Origin: an uncultured Nitrospirota bacterium
GTDB taxonomy: Bacteria; Nitrospirota; Thermodesulfovibrionia; SZUA-242
Direction of reading: 5' to 3'
Length of the DNA: 41,598 nt
Assembly (NCBI GenBank): GCA_964462885.1
Contig: CAYWZR010000001.1
Location: 1 to 41,598 of the forward strand
Shown: one piece after another, positions 1 through 7,996 of the stretch
How positions within the stretch are numbered: position 1 is the stretch's first letter
Layout: the number at the start of each line of letters is the position of its first letter
The notes under the pieces: generated by a model
Told to the model about the DNA's origin: nothing
Database searches by the model: none
The model's input: only the letters and a program-made list of their open reading frames with translations
Position numbers and translations under genes: made by a program

Positions 1-347
1 TGCTTGCGGCAGAACCATACACCGGCTACCGTAGACCCAAGAAGTCCGCCATGAAAGGACATCCCCCCTTTCCATATAGCAAGAATAATAAGTGGATTAG
101 AAATTGCTTCTTTAAAATCATAAAAAAGCATATAGCCAACCCTGGCACCCAAGATAAGGCCTAAAACCAGTGCAAAAAAAAGGTCTTCAATCTGTTCATT
201 TTCCAAGACCTTTCGTTCTGGATTTAAGCGGTACCGTATGAGCAGGAAAGATGCACCGAAACCAAGAAGGTACATCATCCCGTACCACCTGAACGCCAGC
301 GGGCCTATTCGAAAAATGACAGGATCGATATGCGGGAAAGGAAGCAT
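1..347 (-). CDS. lgt: Prolipoprotein diacylglyceryl transferase (Lgt), N-terminal part; the gene runs off the left edge of the window
   Basis: Absent from the ORF track because there is no stop in the window. Minus-strand translation from the ATG at 347-345 reads MLPFPHIDPVIFRIGPLAFRWYGMMYLLGFGASFLL...ILAIWKGGMSFHGGLLGS. This matches the characteristic Lgt N-terminus and the GGMSFHGG motif. Confidence 0.85.
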   Translation of the reverse strand, partial: MLPFPHIDPVIFRIGPLAFRWYGMMYLLGFGASFLLIRYRLNPERKVLENEQIEDLFFALVLGLILGARVGYMLFYDFKEAISNPLIILAIWKGGMSFHGGLLGSTVAGVWFCRK

Positions 348-473
348 TGTCTGGAAGTCATTAAGAAATACGAAATTAAAAAAGGGGCTGAAACCATGTC
401 CTGGGGGACTGGCCCTGCCCCTGTTAAAATATTACGATATAATTGTTTCTACTTCTACAGCACTATAAGTTTT

Positions 474-863
<390 letters not shown>

Positions 864-869
864 TACTGA

Positions 870-1529
870 TCAATGCGCGTGTTCAACCGCGCCTGCCAAA
901 TAAAGAGTGCTTAATAAAACAAAAACAAATGCCTGAATAACACTCACAAGAGTCCCTAGCGCCAGAACTGCGCTCGGGATAATCCACGGAGAAAGTAGAC
1001 CGAGAATTGCAAGTATGTAATGTTTGGCAATCATGTTACCAAAAAGACGAACAGAAAGCGTAACAGGCCGGGCTAAATGTCCGATCAGCTCTATAGGCAG
1101 CATAAGAGGCGCCAGCGCCAGCATCGGACCGGTAAAATGTTTTATATAACCGACGCCATGATGCTTAAGTCCCAAATAGTGAGTATAAAAGAAGACAGGA
1201 AGAGCTAGTGCCAGTGTTGTGTTTATATTCGAAGTAGGAGCCCCGAAACCGGGAACAAGACCGAGAAAATTTCCAAACAGGATAAACAAGCCAAGAGAAG
1301 CGATAAGCGGAAAAACGTTACGTCCATATTTCCCCATTGCCTCCTCAATAAGTTCAAGAAAAAAGTCAAGAAAAGACTCAACAAGATTCTGAAGTCCGCC
1401 TGGCTTCAACTCCATAGCCCCACGCACGACAATGGCAATGGCCAGTATGAACCCCATTATCAACCAGCCATGCGTTACGTAAAGCGGTATGGCATGTATA
1501 CTGTGAAAAAATTCAAATGGTTCCTTCAT
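870..1529 (-). CDS. atpB: F-type ATP synthase F0 subunit a
   Basis: The track ORF is 870..1583. I prefer the internal ATG at 1529 (MKEPFEFFHS...) because AAGGAG lies about 8 nt upstream. It is a polytopic membrane protein with the subunit-a signature LSVRLFGNM (essential Arg). Confidence 0.9.
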   Translation of the reverse strand: MKEPFEFFHSIHAIPLYVTHGWLIMGFILAIAIVVRGAMELKPGGLQNLVESFLDFFLELIEEAMGKYGRNVFPLIASLGLFILFGNFLGLVPGFGAPTSNINTTLALALPVFFYTHYLGLKHHGVGYIKHFTGPMLALAPLMLPIELIGHLARPVTLSVRLFGNMIAKHYILAILGLLSPWIIPSAVLALGTLVSVIQAFVFVLLSTLYLAGAVEHAH

Positions 1530-1721
1530 TGATAAAATAACTCCTTGATTATTTTGTGTAGAACACTGATTTATATAAGACACCTTAGAATTTTAAAACT
1601 TTATATAGTACTAGTGCCCTGTTTAGCATGTCAAGTGCATAATAAGTCTTTTTAGGCTTTTTTAGGTTCATTTCAGCTCTTTTCTATCGTCGTTCGTCTT
1701 TCATCTGATTTTACCGAAACC

Positions 1722-1751
1722 TTGACAGAATAAACTCATAAATGGTAAAAA
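1722..1751 (+). promoter_or_regulatory. Candidate sigma70-type promoter for the rnf cluster (TTGACA, 18-nt spacer, extended -10 TGgTAAAAA)
   Basis: TTGACA at 1722-1727, TG at 1743-1744 and TAAAAA at 1746-1751. It lies about 130 nt upstream of the rnfC start. Pattern match only. Confidence 0.3.
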
Positions 1752-1843
1752 ACACGGGCTTAAGACGTTGGACTTTCGATAGATTTTTCGATGATTTTTT
1801 TAAAAAATTTACCTTCTAACGTCTGCTATAGCTCTGCTGTTTA

Positions 1844-1858
1844 TTGTTTAATAAACAA
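1844..1858. promoter_or_regulatory. Perfect 15-bp palindrome TTGTTTA-A-TAAACAA, a candidate operator between atpB and rnfC
   Basis: Read directly from the sequence, about 25 nt upstream of the rnfC TTG start. The outer TTGT...ACAA half-sites resemble Rex-type operators, but the spacing is shorter than the 18-bp Rex consensus as I recall it. Confidence 0.25.
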
Positions 1859-1882
1859 ACCTTGCTTGGAGACACTTGACTG

Positions 1883-3196
1883 TTGAATACAGGTACGTTC
1901 GAAAGAGGTACACATCCGCCAGGTAACAAAGAGTTAACTGCGACCAAGGCTATATGTGACGCAAAAATACCCAAGCGTGTAATCATTCCACTTAGTCAGC
2001 ATATTGGCGCTCCATGTCAGGCTACTGTAAGTATTGGAGACAGCGTAAAAAAGGGCCAGGTTGTTGGTATGGCAAATGCATTTGTCTCAGCTCCGGTTCA
2101 CGCCACAGTCTCCGGCAAAGTTGTGGCTATAGCACCATTCCCTCATACCATGGGCCGTGATGTTCTTTCGGTCGTTATAGAAAACAACGGTAAGGAAGAT
2201 TGGATTAACGAGATATCAGAAAATCCAGACTACCTTTCACTAGAAGCTGAAGCCCTAAAAAACCTTGTAAAAGATGCTGGCATCGTCGGTATGGGCGGTG
2301 CAACTTTTCCTACTCATGTAAAACTCTCTCCGCCAAAAGAAAAGAAGATAGACTATGTAATATTAAACGGCGCTGAGTGTGAGCCATACCTCACAGCCGA
2401 TCACCGGGTGATGTTGGAACAGGCAGAGGCTGTTGTGGAAGGTCTGAAGGTCTTGATGAAGATCGTAGGCGTGAGCAAGGGATACATAGGAATTGAAGAT
2501 AATAAGCCGGACGCGATATCTGCAATGAGTGCCGCTGTTGCCGGTGATGACTCGATACAGGTCTATTCCCTAAAGGTTAAATACCCTCAAGGGGCCGAAA
2601 AAATGCTGATCAAGGCTATAGTTAACCGTGAGGTTCCGGCTGGCGGACTGCCTATGGATGTAGGTGTTGTTGTCCAGAATGTCGGCACAGCTGTCGCTAT
2701 TTATGATGCTGTACGTTATGGTCGGCCCCTGCTTCAGAGGGTTGTTTCCGTAACAGGACGGGGCATTAACGACCCAAAAAACCTAATGGTGAGAATCGGC
2801 ACGCCTCTTTCGCAACTGATAGAGGAATGCGGAGGGTTTAAGTATGACTCCGGCAAGGTGATCGCTGGTGGCCCTATGATGGGCATGGCCCAGTCAACCC
2901 TTGAGGCACCGGTGATAAAAGGAACATCCGGCCTTTTAGCGCTTACCCCTGAAGAATCTGAGGTGAGCGTACACGGGGCTTGCATACGTTGCGGTAGATG
3001 CATTGACGCATGTCCAATGGGACTTCAACCTGCGATGTTAAGCCTGCTGATAGAGCACGGTTTTTATGATGACACAAAAGAATATGATTTGATGAACTGT
3101 TTCGAGTGCGGAACATGCGCCTATATTTGTCCGGCAAAACGACCGATCGTACAGTGGATTAAGCTTGCGAAAATGAACCTAGCGCAGAAGAAGTGA
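1883..3196 (+). CDS. rnfC: Rnf electron-transport complex subunit C
   Basis: 437 aa. N-terminus TFERGTHPPGNK. Nucleotide/flavin-site motif GMGGATFPTHVKL. Two ferredoxin-type motifs, CIRCGRCIDACP and CFECGTCAYICP. TTG start with GGAGA about 10 nt upstream. Confidence 0.9.
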   Translation: MNTGTFERGTHPPGNKELTATKAICDAKIPKRVIIPLSQHIGAPCQATVSIGDSVKKGQVVGMANAFVSAPVHATVSGKVVAIAPFPHTMGRDVLSVVIENNGKEDWINEISENPDYLSLEAEALKNLVKDAGIVGMGGATFPTHVKLSPPKEKKIDYVILNGAECEPYLTADHRVMLEQAEAVVEGLKVLMKIVGVSKGYIGIEDNKPDAISAMSAAVAGDDSIQVYSLKVKYPQGAEKMLIKAIVNREVPAGGLPMDVGVVVQNVGTAVAIYDAVRYGRPLLQRVVSVTGRGINDPKNLMVRIGTPLSQLIEECGGFKYDSGKVIAGGPMMGMAQSTLEAPVIKGTSGLLALTPEESEVSVHGACIRCGRCIDACPMGLQPAMLSLLIEHGFYDDTKEYDLMNCFECGTCAYICPAKRPIVQWIKLAKMNLAQKK

Positions 3197-3224
3197 TATA
3201 GAAAGAGTTAGGTAGAGCGATAAA

Positions 3225-4235
3225 ATGGGTGAAGAACAACATAAGCTGGTAGTTTCGGTAAGTCCTCACATAAAATGCGAGGTAACGGTAGCACGTATAA
3301 TGTGGCTGGTAACCCTGGCCCTTGTTCCGGCGTTTGCCGCATCTGTGTATTTTTTTGGTATGCGCTCACTTATAGTCCAGGCGGTAACAATAATATCCTG
3401 CCTCGGATTTGAAGCGCTTACCTTAAAGATAATGGATAAACCCGTTACACTGACAGACGGTAGCGCCTTCCTTACCGGCCTTCTGCTGGGATTTAATCTT
3501 CCCGCAAATATTCCATTATATATTCCAATCGTCGGTTCCTTTGTTGCAATCACCATAACAAAGCACCTATTCGGTGGTCTTGGATATAATATATTCAACC
3601 CTGCTCTGATCGGCAGAGCCTTTGTTTTGATCTCCTGGCCAAAACAGATGACAAGTTGGATGGATCCGGTGAAGTCGATCACATCCATGGATGTAGTTTC
3701 AACCGCCACACCGCTAAACGTAATCAAACTTGCTGAAACAACATCTCAAGGCATGTCGACACTTATTGAACAATTTGGAGGAAGTGCTACTGACCTTTAT
3801 AAAAGCCTTCTTTTTGGAGGAGTCTCTGGTTCACTTGGCGAAACCTCTGCCTTACTGATACTTCTGGGCGGAGTGTTCTTACTTATACGAGGATACATTA
3901 CCTGGCACATACCGGTTTCCTTTATCGCCACTGTAGCTATTGTTGCCCAGCTCACCGGCAATGATCCGGTGTTTCACGTTCTGGCCGGCGGCCTGATGCT
4001 TGGAGCATTTTTTATGGCTACTGATTATGTGACATCTCCATCCGTAAGGTCTGCTCAAATTGTCTTTGGTATTTGCTGCGGGCTGCTTACAATGCTGATT
4101 CGCCTCAAGGGAGGATACCCAGAAGGCGTCATGTTCGCCATTCTTATCATGAACTGTTTTGCCCCGCTTCTGGACCGTGGAATGAGGACCAAAACATTTG
4201 GTTCGGTCAAGAAGAAGAAGGAGGCTGCCGCATGA
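3225..4235 (+). CDS. rnfD: Rnf complex subunit D (NqrB/RnfD family)
   Basis: 336-aa polytopic membrane protein. Contains FGGLGYNIFNPAL, the flavinylation-type motif DVVSTATPL, and MATDYVTSP. It sits between rnfC and rnfG. Confidence 0.9.
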   Translation: MGEEQHKLVVSVSPHIKCEVTVARIMWLVTLALVPAFAASVYFFGMRSLIVQAVTIISCLGFEALTLKIMDKPVTLTDGSAFLTGLLLGFNLPANIPLYIPIVGSFVAITITKHLFGGLGYNIFNPALIGRAFVLISWPKQMTSWMDPVKSITSMDVVSTATPLNVIKLAETTSQGMSTLIEQFGGSATDLYKSLLFGGVSGSLGETSALLILLGGVFLLIRGYITWHIPVSFIATVAIVAQLTGNDPVFHVLAGGLMLGAFFMATDYVTSPSVRSAQIVFGICCGLLTMLIRLKGGYPEGVMFAILIMNCFAPLLDRGMRTKTFGSVKKKKEAAA

Positions 4236-4858
4236 GCCAGCAAAAGACAGAAGGTATGACAGGTATGGACATGTTTAAAATAGTCGCTAACCTGGTAATC
4301 ATATACATGGCAGGAGGGCTGATACTTGCAACGGTATATGCAAAGACATCTCCTATAATTTTTAAGAAAGCAAAACAGGAAAAAGAAGAGGCCTTGAAGC
4401 AAATGATAAAGGCCGACAGCATTGATAAAATTGGAGACTGGTCCCCATATAAGAGAAAACATGCTGCGTATTATGAGGCTAAAACAGGAGACAAAACAGT
4501 CGGTTATATAATCGAAACATTCGGTAAAGGATATTCAAGTTATATAAGTATACTTGTTTCTGTGAACACCGACCTAGTGGTGCAGAAGATTAATATATTA
4601 CACCATGGTGAAACCCCGGGCTTGGGTGATGAAATCGAGCGAGATTATTTTAAAGACCAGTTTAAGGGCAAGACCATTGAAACACTTAAAGTGGTAAAGG
4701 ATGGGGATTCTAAATACGTGCAGGCGATCTCAGGCGCAACCATATCCAGTCGGGCTGTTACCGAAGCTGGAGTAAAGCCGGCAGTACAGATGCTTTCCGA
4801 TGTGTTATCTGGGAAAACCCAGGCAGACACCGGGGAACATGAAGAGGGGGGGCATTAA
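4232..4858 (+). CDS. rnfG: Rnf complex subunit G (FMN-binding, NqrC/RnfG family)
   Basis: The track ORF starts at 4073 inside rnfD. The ATG at 4232 overlaps the rnfD stop (ATGA). It has one N-terminal TM helix (FKIVANLVIIYMAGGLILATVY) and the covalent-FMN motif AISGATISS. Confidence 0.88.
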   Translation: MSQQKTEGMTGMDMFKIVANLVIIYMAGGLILATVYAKTSPIIFKKAKQEKEEALKQMIKADSIDKIGDWSPYKRKHAAYYEAKTGDKTVGYIIETFGKGYSSYISILVSVNTDLVVQKINILHHGETPGLGDEIERDYFKDQFKGKTIETLKVVKDGDSKYVQAISGATISSRAVTEAGVKPAVQMLSDVLSGKTQADTGEHEEGGH

Positions 4859-4859
4859 G

Positions 4860-5471
4860 ATGACCAATTGGGAATTAATCAAAAACGGAATATTTACCGA
4901 AAATACTATTTTCAGGCTCGCTATCAGTCTCTGCCCCTCTATTGCTGTTACAAACAGCGTAAAAAACGGTTTTCTTATGGGTGTGGCAGTGATGTTTGTA
5001 CAGGTTATGGTAAATGTAACTATTTCGATGATGAGAAATGTTATACATCCCAAAATTAGAATTCCTGTTTTTATGCTGGTTATCTCCGGTTGGGTTTCGG
5101 TTGTTGATATGTCTATGGCGGCCTTTGCACGTGAGGCTTACGCCCAGATGGGTCTTTACATCCAGCTAATTGTTGCATTTGCGTCAATCCTTGCCAGAGC
5201 CGAACTTTTTGCAAGCAAAAACACTTTTATCCCCTCCATGTTTGATGGAATAGGAATGGGAATAGGATTTTTAGTAGCCCTGGTTATACTTAGCTTTTTC
5301 CGCGAACTTCTGGGTAAAGGAAGTGTTTGGGGCTATGCGCTGCTGGATTTCAAACCGCTTCTTATTATGATTATGCCAACAGGCGGGTTCTTTGCAGTGG
5401 GAATTTTAATGGCATTTTTTAACTGGATGGAACAACGTGGCAGCAAAGCGGCAGTACAACAGCATCACTGA
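4860..5471 (+). CDS. rnfE: Rnf complex subunit E-like membrane protein (RnfA/RnfE/NqrD/NqrE family), divergent
   Basis: ATG at 4860, 1 nt after the rnfG stop. MTNWELIKNGIFTENTIFRLAISLCPSIAVT matches the LGLCPxLAVT N-terminal motif. RAELFASK and FFRELLGKG match NqrD/RnfE. The family motif PLI(T/V)TNC reads QLIVAFAS here. Confidence 0.8.
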   Translation: MTNWELIKNGIFTENTIFRLAISLCPSIAVTNSVKNGFLMGVAVMFVQVMVNVTISMMRNVIHPKIRIPVFMLVISGWVSVVDMSMAAFAREAYAQMGLYIQLIVAFASILARAELFASKNTFIPSMFDGIGMGIGFLVALVILSFFRELLGKGSVWGYALLDFKPLLIMIMPTGGFFAVGILMAFFNWMEQRGSKAAVQQHH

Positions 5472-5518
5472 CTGTAATTACAATTACAAATTTACAAATA
5501 TTCACAGTTCCAAGATAA

Positions 5519-6808
5519 TCAGGAAATGGAAGATACTTTTTCTGCCACCGGAATTCTTATTGTAAAAGTGGTTCCCTGGTCACCTGATTGCACTTCGATG
5601 GTTCCCTCGTGTAGAACAATGATTTTATGAACAATTGCTAGGCCAAGCCCAGTTCCTTCGGCTTTTTCTGTTACAAAAGGAATAAATATTTTATCACGAA
5701 TTGTTTCTGGAATGCCTGTCCCCGTATCCTGAATCTTAAGTTCAAGCACCCCTTCTCCTTTAAGAACAGACGTAATAGTAACGGTTCCACCCTTCGGCAT
5801 CACTTCGACTGCATTTCGGATCAAGTTTACCAGCGCCTGCCTTAGCAGAACCTCATCTCCTCTAACCGGAACATCCGCTGTAAGCTCCAGCTCAACTTTA
5901 ATAACACTCTCTTCAGCAAGGGTTGCTCTCAACAGGTCTGGAATAATTTCGGCTAGATCCAGTGACGTGGAATTCAGCTCAGTAGGCCGCGCAAACTGAA
6001 GAAAATCGGTTATTACCCTGTTCATGCCGCTGATTTCTTTTTGTATCGCCTGCATCGCCTGCTTGCCGGGAGCGTTGTCTGGGGTCTTTGCATCCAGCAT
6101 CTGCACGTATCCCGCAATTACAGCCATGGGATTTCGAAGCTCATGGGCGATACCGGCAGACACCTCACCCAGGTGGGTAAGCCGTTCCCGAAGTTCTATT
6201 TTTTCCCTTAAAAGCCTTACTTCGGTAAGATCGGTAAACCCAAGAATAATCCCTAGCTTTCGCCCATCCCTTCCTTTTAGTATAGAAGTGAAAAATCCAA
6301 GCCACAGCTTGTGTCCGTCCCGGGTTTCAAAGGTAGCCTCTTTTCTTTCACTGGGGGCAGATTCAGGGTTTTTCAAAATAGCGGCAATAGCAGGCCCCAG
6401 GGTTACAGCCGACTCACCGATTAACTCGTCTGCCTGGATATGAAGAATTTCAGCTGCGGCCCTGTTGACTGTAACTATTCTACCCTCCACGTCAAATGTT
6501 ATCACTCCGCTAGGAACACTCTGTAGGATATTTTCGTTATAGGATTCGTATGTATCAGCTCTGTATTCGGCCCGTGACCTGAGTTCTTCCAGCTCACGTT
6601 CCTTCTCCTTTAACTTTGCTACCAGTTCCTTGAATGTATCAACCACAAACTCCACTGGTTGACGTCCATCCGGCTTTTGTTCTCCAGTTATTGATTTACG
6701 TCGTGAAGAAGCATAGAAACGAATGCCTAAATAAAGAAGGATACAAACTACAACTAGAAGAAAATACGTCAGGAATAAAAAATTCTGTGGGATATTAGCG
6801 CCATCCAT
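5519..6808 (-). CDS. Membrane-anchored PAS sensor histidine kinase (HisKA + HATPase_c)
   Basis: The track ORF extends to 7003 but overlaps pilD. The ATG at 6808 (MDGANIPQNFLFLTYFLLVVVCILLY) gives a TM helix, a coiled coil and a PAS domain (SGVITFDVEGRIVTVNRAAAEIL). H-box is AGIAHELRNPM, N-box is LVNLIRNAVEV, G-box is GTGLGLAIVHKI. Confidence 0.88.
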   Translation of the reverse strand: MDGANIPQNFLFLTYFLLVVVCILLYLGIRFYASSRRKSITGEQKPDGRQPVEFVVDTFKELVAKLKEKERELEELRSRAEYRADTYESYNENILQSVPSGVITFDVEGRIVTVNRAAAEILHIQADELIGESAVTLGPAIAAILKNPESAPSERKEATFETRDGHKLWLGFFTSILKGRDGRKLGIILGFTDLTEVRLLREKIELRERLTHLGEVSAGIAHELRNPMAVIAGYVQMLDAKTPDNAPGKQAMQAIQKEISGMNRVITDFLQFARPTELNSTSLDLAEIIPDLLRATLAEESVIKVELELTADVPVRGDEVLLRQALVNLIRNAVEVMPKGGTVTITSVLKGEGVLELKIQDTGTGIPETIRDKIFIPFVTEKAEGTGLGLAIVHKIIVLHEGTIEVQSGDQGTTFTIRIPVAEKVSSIS

Positions 6809-7589
6809 GGGAGAGATACCATCCGAGAATTTCCTGGCCGAAAAATAGCGAGAGAAGAGCTCCTCCGGCAAGAAAAGGACCAAAAGGCACCTTACTTTTT
6901 CTACCGCCACCTTTAAAGACAACGAGGAACAGGCCGACAATCGACCCGAAAAGGCTCCCGAAAAATGTTGTAAGCAGCACTCCTTTCCACCCGATAAAGC
7001 CACCTAACATACCCATGAGCTTAATATCTCCGCCACCCATCCCTCCCCTGCTTAAGATAGCAATTGCATAGAAAAGACCAAACCCCAGAGCTGCACCTAT
7101 CAGGCTGTTTTCCCAACCAAGAGCCGAAGTTCTTAAAAACGGATCTACTAAAATCAGTGAGCCAAGCAGAATTCCTATGGGAATGCCGGGGATAGAAATT
7201 CTGTCAGGAATGATTTGGTGGTCCAGATCTATAAATGTTATCACCAGAAGTGATGATACCAGGGCAGCATAAACAACTGTGGACCACTGAAAACCAAAAC
7301 GCAAGATAAGAGCTGTCCATAGTCCGCCGTTTAAGGCTTCCACAAAGGGGTATCGAAATGAAATGGACGTTTTGCACTTGCGGCACCTGCCACCAAGGAT
7401 CAGGTAGCTCAGAACAGGGATGTTGTCGTAGAAACTAATATGTTTGCCGCAGTTAGGACACGAAGAAGGCGGAGTTACTATAGAAATACCAATGGGAATT
7501 CGGTGGATGCAGACGTTCAGAAACGAACCGATTACAGCACCGAAAATAAATATCAGTAAATAAACAGGCGTAGCCTCGTCAATTATCAT
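6795..7589 (-). CDS. pilD: Type IV prepilin leader peptidase / N-methyltransferase (peptidase A24)
   Basis: 264 aa. Zn-finger-like CPNCGKHISFYDNIPVLSYLILGGRCRKCKTSISFRYPFVE. Catalytic-Asp contexts FIDLDHQIIPD and GGGDIKLM. Confidence 0.9.
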   Translation of the reverse strand: MIIDEATPVYLLIFIFGAVIGSFLNVCIHRIPIGISIVTPPSSCPNCGKHISFYDNIPVLSYLILGGRCRKCKTSISFRYPFVEALNGGLWTALILRFGFQWSTVVYAALVSSLLVITFIDLDHQIIPDRISIPGIPIGILLGSLILVDPFLRTSALGWENSLIGAALGFGLFYAIAILSRGGMGGGDIKLMGMLGGFIGWKGVLLTTFFGSLFGSIVGLFLVVFKGGGRKSKVPFGPFLAGGALLSLFFGQEILGWYLSHGWR

Positions 7590-7600
7590 CGGCCTTAGGA

Positions 7601-7960
7601 TCAGTCTTCCGGAGGAGGTGGGAGGAGAGCGTCACCGTGTTTGGCACTCTCCAATGGATCGTCTCCCAGATCCTTTGCCCGGCTCAAATGCAGATCGAGA
7701 TCTTTCTTTAGGGATTCTATTTCCGATATGATATTACTAACTTCAGCCTTTTGAATAGCTGTTTTATCGTCACGAAGCTCAAAAATATTTTCACCCAGTT
7801 CAAGGTATTTAGCATCGATCTTTTTCTGTATTTTTCTGCTATCGTAAACAACCTTAGTGATCAAGGTTTCAACTTTGACGCGTTTCGCCAGAAATCGTCC
7901 TGCCCATTTAAAAGTGTTGAGGCCCTCTTCAAGATCCCGCCTGATACGATCCAACATCAT
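7601..7960 (-). CDS. Hypothetical coiled-coil protein with a Pro-rich acidic tail
   Basis: 119-aa ORF packed tightly between nusA and pilD. It has a heptad-like charged sequence and a PPPPED C-terminus. I recognise no family. Confidence 0.55.
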   Translation of the reverse strand: MMLDRIRRDLEEGLNTFKWAGRFLAKRVKVETLITKVVYDSRKIQKKIDAKYLELGENIFELRDDKTAIQKAEVSNIISEIESLKKDLDLHLSRAKDLGDDPLESAKHGDALLPPPPED

Positions 7961-7996
7961 GTCGACCTCCAGAGAGTTTAATAAAGTGTCAGTTTT

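Noticed and set aside
238-468. 76-aa + strand ORF from the track
   Set aside because: It lies antisense to the lgt start and in the atpE-lgt spacer. The translation is Lys/Pro/Gly-rich low complexity with no SD. The opposite strand gives an unmistakable Lgt N-terminus.
2734-3727. Minus-strand ORFs inside rnfC/rnfD (2734..3003, 2943..3137, 3266..3727)
   Set aside because: They are antisense shadows of strongly supported rnf genes. Translations are Arg/Ser/Pro-rich with no motifs.
4073-4231. Upstream extension of the rnfG ORF (and likewise 4800..4859 for rnfE)
   Set aside because: The extensions overlap the preceding gene in another frame and translate to non-protein-like sequence. The coupled ATG starts at 4232 and 4860 give canonical N-termini.
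5472-5518. Terminator between convergent rnfE and the kinase gene
   Set aside because: It contains only a 10-bp AT palindrome (tgtaattaca), with no GC-rich stem or T-tract.
6809-7003. N-terminal extension of the histidine kinase ORF to 7003
   Set aside because: It overlaps the 3' end of pilD for about 200 nt. The ATG at 6808 begins exactly at the TM helix of the kinase.
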